Below the pieces are notes generated by a model. The model was given only the letters and a program-made list of their open reading frames with translations, was not told where the DNA came from and made no database searches. The translations under genes were made by a program, and so were the position numbers. From Clostridia bacterium (GTDB taxonomy: Bacteria > Bacillota > Clostridia > UMGS1810): DNA of 64,000 nucleotides. Location of the stretch: positions 17,500 through 81,499 of the forward strand of contig JAFUPN010000014.1 in the NCBI GenBank assembly GCA_017481205.1. Direction: 5' to 3'. Below, one piece after another: positions 26,948 through 35,167 of this stretch (positions within the stretch are counted from its first letter, which is position 1; each line of letters starts with the position of its first letter).

Positions 26948-27322
26948 TTAATTACTTTGGTTACTCATAATTTTGTCGCTGAGCTCCATAATCCTGTCTG
27001 CATATTTCTTCTTGCGAGAACCAAGGATACTCTTGTAAATCGGATAATTGATAATTGCCATCATCATACCAATAATACCGATAATAATTCCGGGAATCAT
27101 AGTATCGGTCATACCAAGCATTTCGCCTATATCTGTCATTACAAGGCTCATACCGCTTCCCATAATAATGGCACTGATCGTACCGAACACATAAGCGAAT
27201 ACATTTGCCGGACGCTTAACTTTAGTATCAAGTTCTTTCAGAGCATCAAGCCCGGAATGCTCTTTCTCGGTATACTGCGTGCGTATCTTCTGTACAAGAT
27301 ATTCCTGATCGTTTCTGTTCAT
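26948..27322 (-). CDS. Small 2-TM membrane protein (124 aa), paralog of 23553..23936
   Basis: PGIIIGIIGMMMAIINYPIY and a C-terminal ...IMELSDKIMSN. The layout matches the 127-aa protein. Confidence 0.6.
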   Translation of the reverse strand: MNRNDQEYLVQKIRTQYTEKEHSGLDALKELDTKVKRPANVFAYVFGTISAIIMGSGMSLVMTDIGEMLGMTDTMIPGIIIGIIGMMMAIINYPIYKSILGSRKKKYADRIMELSDKIMSNQSN

Positions 27323-27387
27323 ATTTATTACCTCTCTCTGTTTTGATAATTATATTATAACAAGCTGTTGTTTTCAAAAGATTTAAG

Positions 27388-27407
27388 AATTGTTTTAGTT
27401 TTGTTAA
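27388..27407 (-). promoter_or_regulatory. AACA-N7-AACA direct-repeat motif (site 2), upstream of the 124-aa gene
   Basis: The minus strand reads TTAACAAAACTAAAACAATT, 66 nt upstream of the ATG at 27322. Confidence 0.45.
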
Positions 27408-27443
27408 TTTAGCCGAAGCAATCAACGCTAAATTTGGCTTCAG

Positions 27444-29009
27444 CTAAAGCATCGGTGCAAAGATACGCACTATTGCACGAACAAATTTTTGCAGCAGATT
27501 TGTTTTAAGCATATCCTGTGTTACTTCAATGCTTTTGTTTAATGTATCCTCAATATCGTTTTTCAAAGCTTTAACAGCCCCGCACTTATACATCCACACA
27601 CCGTTTTCAAAATGATGAACAAGACTTCTGTAGTCAAGATTTATCGTGCCTATCATGGCATATTCATCATCGGCAAGATAGCTTTTTGCATGGATAAAGC
27701 CGGGTTCGTACTCATAGATTTTTACACCGGCAGCCATAAGCCTGTGATAAAAGCTTTGAGTCATACCGAATATAAGCTTTTTGTCCGGAATATGCGGTAC
27801 AATAATTCTTACATCAACACCTCTTATAGCAGCATTCTCAATGCTCTGGCACAAATCATTATCAATAATAAGATACGGCGAGGTCATATATACATACCGT
27901 GTGGCATTGCTTAACATATTCTGAATAACGCCCTTGCCCACTCTGCGTTTATAAAGAGGATTCGGTCCGTCACCGAAAGGAATAATATATCCTTCCTCCG
28001 TGATGCTGCTTTGCGGTGGAAACAATTCCATTCTGATATCAGGCATTTTCTTAACATTGATACCATAATCAATGAGAAACAGCTTTGTAAGCTCCCATAC
28101 AGCTTCGCCCTCAAGACGGATAGCAGTATCCTTCCAATGACCGTATTTAACAATTTCGTTGATATATTCATCTGCAAGGTTAATACCTCCGGTATAGCCA
28201 ACCTTGCCGTCTATAACGGTAATTTTACGGTGACTGCGGTTATTAAATTCACTGTCTGCATTGCCCTTCAGTCTTGAAAAAGGAGTTGCTTCAATACCGC
28301 ACTTTTTAAGTGTTTTGCAATAATCTCCGGGTAGAGTAGCCATGCATCCAACGTCATCATAGACAACCTTAACATCAACACCCCGCTCAGCTTTTTCTTT
28401 AAGAATATCCAAAATTGAATTCCAGAGCTTACCTTCCTCAATAATAAAATATTCCATATAAATAAATTTTTCTGCCTTGCTTAAATCCTTAAGCAATTGG
28501 GGATGCATATCTTCGCCCAGTTTAAAATACGTCTGAGCGGTATCCGTAAACAGATGAGCTTCTGCAATGTTACACAACATTTTTGCCTGGGATGCTGCAT
28601 TGGGATTTTCGTTCAGAAGCTTTTTAAACAGCTCTGAGTCATCCTTGCAATAGGATTTATCCTTCAAATACTTTAATCGACGGACATATTTTCTTTTCAG
28701 AGTTCTGGAGTAGAAAATAAAATACAGCATAAATCCGGCAATCGGTAATATCATGACAACCATCAGCCACGGTATTTTATAGTCCGGATTGTCATCTGAG
28801 GAAGCAATCCTTATTACACAGGCTATCTGAGTGAGCCACGCCAGAATATAAAAATACGGAACCCAATAGCATAAAGCAACAACAATTCCTATAATTGCCG
28901 TTACCTCAATTAGGGTAATCATTGCAGCAAGTATATACCGAAAAGGTATATAATTATATTCTTTTTCCACAGACTTTTCATTTATATAATATTGTATGGT
29001 CTTTTTCAC
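27444..29009 (-). CDS. cls: Cardiolipin synthase (two PLD/HKD domains)
   Basis: HKD motifs HRKITVIDG and HAKSYLADD, with N-terminal TM helices. The start is uncertain: GTG at 29009 with RBS GGGGAAG, or TTG at 29033 as in the ORF track. Confidence 0.85.
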   Translation of the reverse strand: MKKTIQYYINEKSVEKEYNYIPFRYILAAMITLIEVTAIIGIVVALCYWVPYFYILAWLTQIACVIRIASSDDNPDYKIPWLMVVMILPIAGFMLYFIFYSRTLKRKYVRRLKYLKDKSYCKDDSELFKKLLNENPNAASQAKMLCNIAEAHLFTDTAQTYFKLGEDMHPQLLKDLSKAEKFIYMEYFIIEEGKLWNSILDILKEKAERGVDVKVVYDDVGCMATLPGDYCKTLKKCGIEATPFSRLKGNADSEFNNRSHRKITVIDGKVGYTGGINLADEYINEIVKYGHWKDTAIRLEGEAVWELTKLFLIDYGINVKKMPDIRMELFPPQSSITEEGYIIPFGDGPNPLYKRRVGKGVIQNMLSNATRYVYMTSPYLIIDNDLCQSIENAAIRGVDVRIIVPHIPDKKLIFGMTQSFYHRLMAAGVKIYEYEPGFIHAKSYLADDEYAMIGTINLDYRSLVHHFENGVWMYKCGAVKALKNDIEDTLNKSIEVTQDMLKTNLLQKFVRAIVRIFAPML

Positions 29010-29144
29010 ATTATCACTTCCCCAAATCCGCAAAAGCGAGGACAGAATATGAATATCCGCCTCGCTTTAAGCTATCCTGTTTTTCTGCATCAGAAAATCT
29101 CAAAAGCTGCAATTATATCTTAAAACACAACGCCGGAATAATGT

Positions 29145-29360
29145 TTATTCTCTTTCTGCTAAGCGCTTTTTTGTTTCCTCAACTGTTTCGCCGTCTTTTG
29201 AAAAAACCTTTTCGATGATTTTATCATTCATTTTGTTAAAACCGTCAACTGCACCTTTTTCGATTTTTTTGTATCCGCCTACAACTCCGTCTTCAATTTT
29301 TTTGTAGCCTCCGACAACCTTATCGGCAATCTTTTCATTTACATCTGCTAATTTTGACAT
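29145..29360 (-). CDS. Small hydrophilic protein (71 aa) with tandem VVGGYKKIE(D/K)G repeats
   Basis: RBS AAAGGAGA. Internal repeat KVVGGYKKIEDGVVGGYKKIEKGAVDGFNKM. No TM segment or signal peptide. Confidence 0.5.
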   Translation of the reverse strand: MSKLADVNEKIADKVVGGYKKIEDGVVGGYKKIEKGAVDGFNKMNDKIIEKVFSKDGETVEETKKRLAERE

Positions 29361-29441
29361 ATTAATTTTCTCCTTTTATGATTTTTTGATTCACATTTGA
29401 TGTCTTAATTCTAACGCCTGATTGTTTGCGATATTTTTAAA

Positions 29442-29461
29442 AAATGTTTAAGTTTTGTTAA
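29442..29461 (-). promoter_or_regulatory. AACA-N7-AACA direct-repeat motif (site 3), upstream of the 71-aa gene and cls
   Basis: The minus strand reads TTAACAAAACTTAAACATTT, 82 nt upstream of the ATG at 29360. Confidence 0.45.
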
Positions 29462-29465
29462 AATG

Positions 29466-29510
29466 CAAAAAAATACCGCACAGCAGACTTTATCTGTATT
29501 GCGGTATTTT
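29466..29510 (-). terminator. Rho-independent terminator after the M23 peptidase gene
   Basis: The minus strand reads AAAATACCGCAATACAGATAAAGTCTGCTGTGCGGTATTTTTTT. Confidence 0.75.
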
Positions 29511-29539
29511 ATGTTTCTATTTAGTCAGCATTGTAATAA

Positions 29540-30538
29540 TCAATAAACCGTCTCCGGGTCATAATACACACCGTTAATCATCAGCTCAAAATGAAGATGT
29601 GAACCTGTTGACATGCCTGTATTGCCTACAGTGCCTATAACATCCCCCTGCTTTACATCACTGCCCGAAGCTACATTTATTGCAGCAAGGTTAGAGTACA
29701 TAGTTGTAATATTATTATCGCTTGCGATAACCACATAATTACCTTTTTCTGTATCAAATCCGGCTTCTGTCACAATTCCGTCTGCAGCCGCAAGTACATC
29801 AGAGCCTTCGGCAGCTGCAATATCAACGCCGTTATGCTCTCTGATTTCCTTAGTAATCGGATGAACTCTTTTTCCGAATTTTTGAGAAATTGTATCGCTG
29901 CTGCAAGGCCATGTCAGTTTTTGTGACACAAAGACAGAAGAGTTTTCGGCATTTACCGTAAAAATAAAATCAAATTTTTCCGTACTGCCGGCTATACCCT
30001 TGTTGAGCATATAATCCACATATGTATACGGCACATAAGTTATATCATTTACAAGCAGGGCTGTGAAATAATCATCAAGGCTTACCTTAACACCAATCGG
30101 ACTATCCTTGGAATGTGCAACTCCTATCATATTGCTGCCTATATTAAATTCATAATAGGTTGGCTCATTACCGGCTGCTTCCGAAACACTGATTAAAATT
30201 GTGCCGTCATTCCATACAAGAGAATTGGTTTCAATATCAAATACACCCAGCTTTTCAAATATTTCACGCAGGGGAAAATAGGTCATATTCTCCTTTATGA
30301 AGGGCTTGTTTTCAAGCTCAACCATCTCCCCCTTTGAATATAATGTTATAAGCTCCTTATCATTATCCAATGCAGCCATAACAACAGTTGCACACAGCAT
30401 TGTTACTGCAATTACAACAGACATTACCAATGCCATAAATCTTGAAGTACGTCCGACTTCGGAACAGATTTTTGAAAAGCGGTTTTGCAGCTGCTTTTTA
30501 TTTGCAGTCATTTTTGTTGTATATATGTTTTCCAGCAT
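29540..30538 (-). CDS. Membrane-anchored M23 (LytM/lysostaphin-type) metallopeptidase with a copper-amine-oxidase-N-like stalk
   Basis: HNGVDIAA ... GNTGMSTGSHLHFEL (M23 zinc motifs). Stalk motif MTYFPLREIFEKLG. N-terminal cytoplasmic tag plus TM segment. Start set at MLENIY, with GGAGG 8 nt upstream. Confidence 0.8.
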   Translation of the reverse strand: MLENIYTTKMTANKKQLQNRFSKICSEVGRTSRFMALVMSVVIAVTMLCATVVMAALDNDKELITLYSKGEMVELENKPFIKENMTYFPLREIFEKLGVFDIETNSLVWNDGTILISVSEAAGNEPTYYEFNIGSNMIGVAHSKDSPIGVKVSLDDYFTALLVNDITYVPYTYVDYMLNKGIAGSTEKFDFIFTVNAENSSVFVSQKLTWPCSSDTISQKFGKRVHPITKEIREHNGVDIAAAEGSDVLAAADGIVTEAGFDTEKGNYVVIASDNNITTMYSNLAAINVASGSDVKQGDVIGTVGNTGMSTGSHLHFELMINGVYYDPETVY

Positions 30539-30543
30539 GAATT

Positions 30544-31974
30544 TTACCTCCAATTTGATATAATATAATCATCAATTTTTACAGGCACCCATTCCGTACC
30601 TTTTGGAGCAACATTTGAATAAAGCTCCAAAGTATCATTCGAGTCAACAACCTTAAATTCGTAGTTACTTTCCTTCAGAGCGAGATAATCATTGTAGAGA
30701 GTCTCATATTCCTCATTACTGCGCTTTTTTGCTTCCTGTATATATTCTGCCTTGTCGGGCTCGCGGTTGTAATTAAGATAGGTTTTCTTATAAAAAAATG
30801 TTGCTTCATTTCCGTTCTCGTGCCAATTGGAAACAGTCAGACTCTGAATATCATAATAGGAATCATATACCCGGTGAAATTCCTTTTCCAGAAATTTAAC
30901 AGTTTTGGCATACAAATCACTGACAGGATTATTGAGAAACTGAATTATTTCTTTGTGAAACTCCTCACTTTCCAGGTCGCCCCATGCAATCAGACGGGGT
31001 TCATAATTATCAAATACAAATATATAGGGTGACGAGGTATCTCCATGCTGAACCTGCAGTGTACGTACCTCAAAATTGCCATCTGATACATCATCAAGCT
31101 GTGCTGATATATCCTGCGGCAAAGCTTGTTTGAGCTGTACAAGCTTTTTGCCGTCTATTTCAAAGGAAATAGCGCTGTTTACAAGTATTTCCTTGTTATC
31201 GGTAAGCACCCTGCTAATCATATTTGACTTCTGCTGACTCACACTTACATATTTGTCGCCGAAAACATAACGGTATGCCACAAGACCGTCGCTGTGAGCT
31301 GTAACAAACAGCAGTGAGCTGAAGCTTGATTCCATAACAGTCATGTAATATGTTTTATCACCTGAAACAACACAGTTATTACTGAACCAGCCTTCTGCAC
31401 CGGGCAACACTTCATGAGTTTGCGCATATTTGTCAAACAACACAATATCCTCAGGCATATTTCCCACTGAAACCTTGCCGGTATCGAGATTTATAATATA
31501 GTTGTCAAAATTCTTGATTTCTTCATATGGTCCGTAGCTCGACAAATAAGCATATTTCCCATTAGCATCTATCCCGATATCAAGACCGAAGCTGCCCTGC
31601 TGATGAGGAGCTATATTAAGCTTACTCAGGTCTATCTTATGTTCAAATTCATAGGTCTGCTGATTGCAGACAAAAAATCCGTTAAGATAGTGAAAAACAA
31701 GCATCTCACCGTCTGCGTAGTCAATATCTGCCATTATTGAGCCTACGGGTTGGTTTATATATTCTGCAAAATCATCTTCGGACATGATATAATCATCAGT
31801 ATACCTGACAGCTACTACAAGTGATATGCCGGCTATTACTGCAATAATCACAACAAACATAGCAATGCCGGCTAATGTTGAAATCCGCCCGTTTTTGTAA
31901 CGAATTTTTGAAAAGCGATTTTGCAGCTGCTTTTTATTTGCGCTCATTTTTGTTGTATATATGTTTTCCAGCAC
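30544..31974 (-). CDS. Membrane-anchored protein of unknown function (about 476 aa) sharing its N-terminal tag with the M23 peptidase
   Basis: Start set at the GTG with AGGAGG 8 nt upstream. N-terminus LENIYTTKMSANKKQLQNRFSKI, then a TM segment, then a large extracytoplasmic domain with no motif I recognise. Confidence 0.6.
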   Translation of the reverse strand: MLENIYTTKMSANKKQLQNRFSKIRYKNGRISTLAGIAMFVVIIAVIAGISLVVAVRYTDDYIMSEDDFAEYINQPVGSIMADIDYADGEMLVFHYLNGFFVCNQQTYEFEHKIDLSKLNIAPHQQGSFGLDIGIDANGKYAYLSSYGPYEEIKNFDNYIINLDTGKVSVGNMPEDIVLFDKYAQTHEVLPGAEGWFSNNCVVSGDKTYYMTVMESSFSSLLFVTAHSDGLVAYRYVFGDKYVSVSQQKSNMISRVLTDNKEILVNSAISFEIDGKKLVQLKQALPQDISAQLDDVSDGNFEVRTLQVQHGDTSSPYIFVFDNYEPRLIAWGDLESEEFHKEIIQFLNNPVSDLYAKTVKFLEKEFHRVYDSYYDIQSLTVSNWHENGNEATFFYKKTYLNYNREPDKAEYIQEAKKRSNEEYETLYNDYLALKESNYEFKVVDSNDTLELYSNVAPKGTEWVPVKIDDYIISNWR

Positions 31975-31986
31975 AGAATACACCTC

Positions 31987-32823
31987 CTATTCAACCAACT
32001 CAACAATTGTTTTCATATATGATTTTTGTTCTTCATCAGACATATTCTTGGTTACTGCCATATCGCAGGATATCTCACATGCCTCGCTGATATTGGCACT
32101 GAGCAGATATACAAGAGGATTGAACCAATGAACCGCATTTACAAAGAGCGACAGCCATTTGAAAGCCAAATCTTTTCTTTTATAATGTGTCAGCTCATGG
32201 AGAAATACCATGCGCATATTTTCGTCGGATATCTCCCTGCAGGGAATATACACCACGGGAAACAATACTCCCACAAGCATGGGAGAGCCAACCTCCGGCG
32301 ACATCCTGATGCGTATATTTCTTTTGATTTTAAGCTCATTTTTTACCCTGTCAAATACCGGATTATGAGAAAGTGCAAGGGCACGGCGGCGCCGGCGGAA
32401 AATGTATATTATGTATGATGAAACAATCGTAATCAGATATATACACACACCTGCCAGCCATATGTATGCAATAATATCTGCATGAGGAATATGAAGCCCG
32501 GGCGTAACAGATTGTTTTGTCCCCTCGTTATATATCTCTTCTTTTGCCTCGGGTATAATAATCTCAGTTTCATTGCCGTCAAAGCGAAATACCTCCTGAC
32601 GTACAGGCTGATTCTGTGTGATAAAAGACAGCCTCTGTACCTGACGCTCAGGAATCAGCTTGTATACGGGAATAATCATTGATAACAGCACCACAAGCCA
32701 TACATAATACTGCCACCCGGCAGGAAATTTCTTTGCGGTAATAGGTTTTAAGCACAGCAAAACAGCTATTATGCAAAAGCCAAACAGGCTGAGTATAAGC
32801 ACAGTTTTGAAAATTTCGTACAT
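31987..32823 (-). CDS. BlaR1/MecR1-type M56 signal-transducing metalloprotease without a C-terminal sensor domain
   Basis: HEXXH zinc motif in FLHELTHYKRKD, and 4 TM segments. The protein ends at about 278 aa, right after the M56 domain. Alternative TTG start at 32844. Confidence 0.8.
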   Translation of the reverse strand: MYEIFKTVLILSLFGFCIIAVLLCLKPITAKKFPAGWQYYVWLVVLLSMIIPVYKLIPERQVQRLSFITQNQPVRQEVFRFDGNETEIIIPEAKEEIYNEGTKQSVTPGLHIPHADIIAYIWLAGVCIYLITIVSSYIIYIFRRRRRALALSHNPVFDRVKNELKIKRNIRIRMSPEVGSPMLVGVLFPVVYIPCREISDENMRMVFLHELTHYKRKDLAFKWLSLFVNAVHWFNPLVYLLSANISEACEISCDMAVTKNMSDEEQKSYMKTIVELVE

Positions 32824-32830
32824 GGCCTGT

Positions 32831-33202
32831 TCACTCCAATTCAAAAATTTTCTTTAAATCAGACATATCCTCGGCTGAAAGCTTTTTGTTTTCATAGAGA
32901 GCTGCAACAAGATTTTTAACCGAGCCTTTATATATCTTTGAAAGAAAATTTTCTGTTTCGTTCAAATCGTACTCTCTCTGCTTGAGCAAAGGGTAATACA
33001 GATTTGTCTTGCCTTTTTTATCACAGGCAATCACCTCTTTTTTCAACAGCCTCTGCAAAAAGGTTGACACAGTAGAGGCTGTCCAGTCATTGCCATCGAG
33101 CTCCCTTACAACATCTGCAACTGTCATGGGCACAATGGATTTCCACAAAATCTTCATAATTGCATATTCCGAATCGGTTATTGTATGTTTTGTATTTGAC
33201 AT
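32831..33202 (-). CDS. BlaI/MecI/CopY-family winged-helix repressor
   Basis: 123 aa. ITDSEYAIMKILWKS...TVADVVREL...WTASTVSTFLQRLLKKEVI is typical of the Penicillinase_R family. Confidence 0.85.
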   Translation of the reverse strand: MSNTKHTITDSEYAIMKILWKSIVPMTVADVVRELDGNDWTASTVSTFLQRLLKKEVIACDKKGKTNLYYPLLKQREYDLNETENFLSKIYKGSVKNLVAALYENKKLSAEDMSDLKKIFELE

Positions 33203-33224
33203 AAGCTTGTCTCCTTCTATAATT

Positions 33225-33273
33225 ACAATTGTAGCTACAACTATATAATAACAGGTGTAGCTACAATTGTCAA
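33225..33273 (-). promoter_or_regulatory. blaI promoter flanked and overlapped by two BlaI-type operator dyads
   Basis: ACAATTGTAGCTACA (33225-33239) and its exact inverse TGTAGCTACAATTGT (33256-33270). Each contains TGTA/TACA dyads. Minus-strand -35 TTGACA (33268-33273), a 17-nt spacer, then -10 TATTAT (33245-33250). Confidence 0.7.
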
Positions 33274-33376
33274 GATAGTTTTTAAAATTTTATCGGAATA
33301 TTACTTTTAGGTATTGGTTTTTTCTGCTGATGATGATATAATATGTATATAATTTTTCATAACGGAGGTGTTTGCT

Positions 33377-35146
33377 ATGAGCAGTACAAGCAAAGAGCAT
33401 ATTCCCATGCGAAAAATGTTTGCCAGCTTCCTGCCATATTACAAGCCATATATAGGAGTAATGCTTCTGGACCTGATGTGTGCGGCGCTGACTACGGTGT
33501 GCGAGCTTGTATTCCCCCTTATTATCAAATATATTACCGGCACGGCACTGTCGGATGCTTCAAGTCTGCTGCTGTCGGATATACTCAGGTTGGGCGGAGT
33601 ATATCTTTTTCTTAAATTAATTGACACTGCAGCAAACTACTATATGGCATATATGGGTCACACCATGGGAGTTATGCTGGAGACGGATATGAGACGTGAC
33701 CTTTTCACCCATTTGCAAAAGCTGTCCAGCTCATATTTTGACAAGACAAAGGTAGGTCAGATTATGTCAAGACTGACTTCGGACCTTTTTGATATAACCG
33801 AGTTTATCCACCACTTTCCCGAGGAGCTTTTTATTGCGGCAATTAAGATTACCGGTTCATTTATAATCCTTGCGCGAATAAATATACCTCTCACTCTCAT
33901 AATTTTCGCTCTGCTGCCTCTTATGATGGTATCAATCAAATTTTTCCGCAAGGGAATGAAGGAAGCTTTTGCAGAACGCAGACGGCGTGTGGGCGAGCTC
34001 AATGCAGACATTGAGGACACTCTCCTTGGCATAAGAGTAGTAAAAAGCTTTGCCAACGAAGACATCGAGCAGAAAAAATTTGCAAAATCCAACGGGCAGA
34101 TTTATGATATCAAAAAAGAGTCCTACAAATATATGGGACGCTTCCAGTGCTCCACAAGATTTTTTGACGGAGTTATGTATGTGGCAGTGATTATCGCCGG
34201 CTCTATATTCCTTATAAATGGCAAAATCGACTCTCCCGAGCTCATAACCTTCCTGCTGTACATACAGACTCTGATAGCCTCGGTAAGGACAATTGTGCAG
34301 TTTACCGAGCAATTCCAGAACGGCATAACAGGAATAGAGCGTTTTTACGAGATAATGAATGTGCCTGTGGATATAGAAAACGCCCCCGACGCAATTGAGC
34401 TGACAGATGTAAAGGGAGATATAAAGTTTGACAACGTAACCTTCAGCTACAACAAAGAGGACGGCGAAGTTCTGTCAAACATAAATCTGGAGGTAAAGGC
34501 TGGAGAAAACATTGCAATAGTAGGTCCCTCCGGCGGCGGCAAAACCACCCTGTGCAACCTGATACCGAGATTTTACGAAATACAGAGCGGTACCATAACC
34601 ATTGACGGCAAGAATATACAGAAGCTGACCTTAGAATCACTAAGAGACAATATCGGCGTTGTACAGCAGGATGTATATATGTTCTGCGGCAGTGTGTATG
34701 ACAACATAAGCTACGGCAGGCAGGATGCAACCATGGAAGAAATTGTAGAGGCGGCAAAGCTGGCAGGAGCCCATGACTTTATTATGGAGCTGCCTGAAAA
34801 ATATGACACATACATCGGAGAAAGAGGCATAAGACTCAGCGGAGGTCAGAAGCAGAGGCTGTCTATTGCACGGCTTTTCCTAAAAAATCCGCCGATACTC
34901 ATCCTTGACGAAGCCACCTCAGCATTGGACAACGAAAGTGAGCTGGTGGTACAGAAATCTCTGGAAAAGCTTGCAAAAGGAAGAACAACCCTTACAATAG
35001 CCCACAGGCTTACAACCATTAAGAATGCAACAAGAATTATCGTGCTTGATGATACGGGAATTATTGAGACAGGTACACACAGCGAGCTTATCGCCAAAGG
35101 CGGTGAGTATGCAAAGCTGTACAGTATGTATACGTCAATAGAATGA
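33377..35146 (+). CDS. ABC exporter, fused permease-ATPase (MsbA/type I exporter-like)
   Basis: Six-TM domain followed by Walker A GPSGGGKTT, signature LSGGQKQR and Walker B ILILDEATSALD. ATG at 33377 with GGAGG 8 nt upstream. Confidence 0.85.
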   Translation: MSSTSKEHIPMRKMFASFLPYYKPYIGVMLLDLMCAALTTVCELVFPLIIKYITGTALSDASSLLLSDILRLGGVYLFLKLIDTAANYYMAYMGHTMGVMLETDMRRDLFTHLQKLSSSYFDKTKVGQIMSRLTSDLFDITEFIHHFPEELFIAAIKITGSFIILARINIPLTLIIFALLPLMMVSIKFFRKGMKEAFAERRRRVGELNADIEDTLLGIRVVKSFANEDIEQKKFAKSNGQIYDIKKESYKYMGRFQCSTRFFDGVMYVAVIIAGSIFLINGKIDSPELITFLLYIQTLIASVRTIVQFTEQFQNGITGIERFYEIMNVPVDIENAPDAIELTDVKGDIKFDNVTFSYNKEDGEVLSNINLEVKAGENIAIVGPSGGGKTTLCNLIPRFYEIQSGTITIDGKNIQKLTLESLRDNIGVVQQDVYMFCGSVYDNISYGRQDATMEEIVEAAKLAGAHDFIMELPEKYDTYIGERGIRLSGGQKQRLSIARLFLKNPPILILDEATSALDNESELVVQKSLEKLAKGRTTLTIAHRLTTIKNATRIIVLDDTGIIETGTHSELIAKGGEYAKLYSMYTSIE

Positions 35147-35167
35147 TAAAATGAAAGAGGTAAGTTT

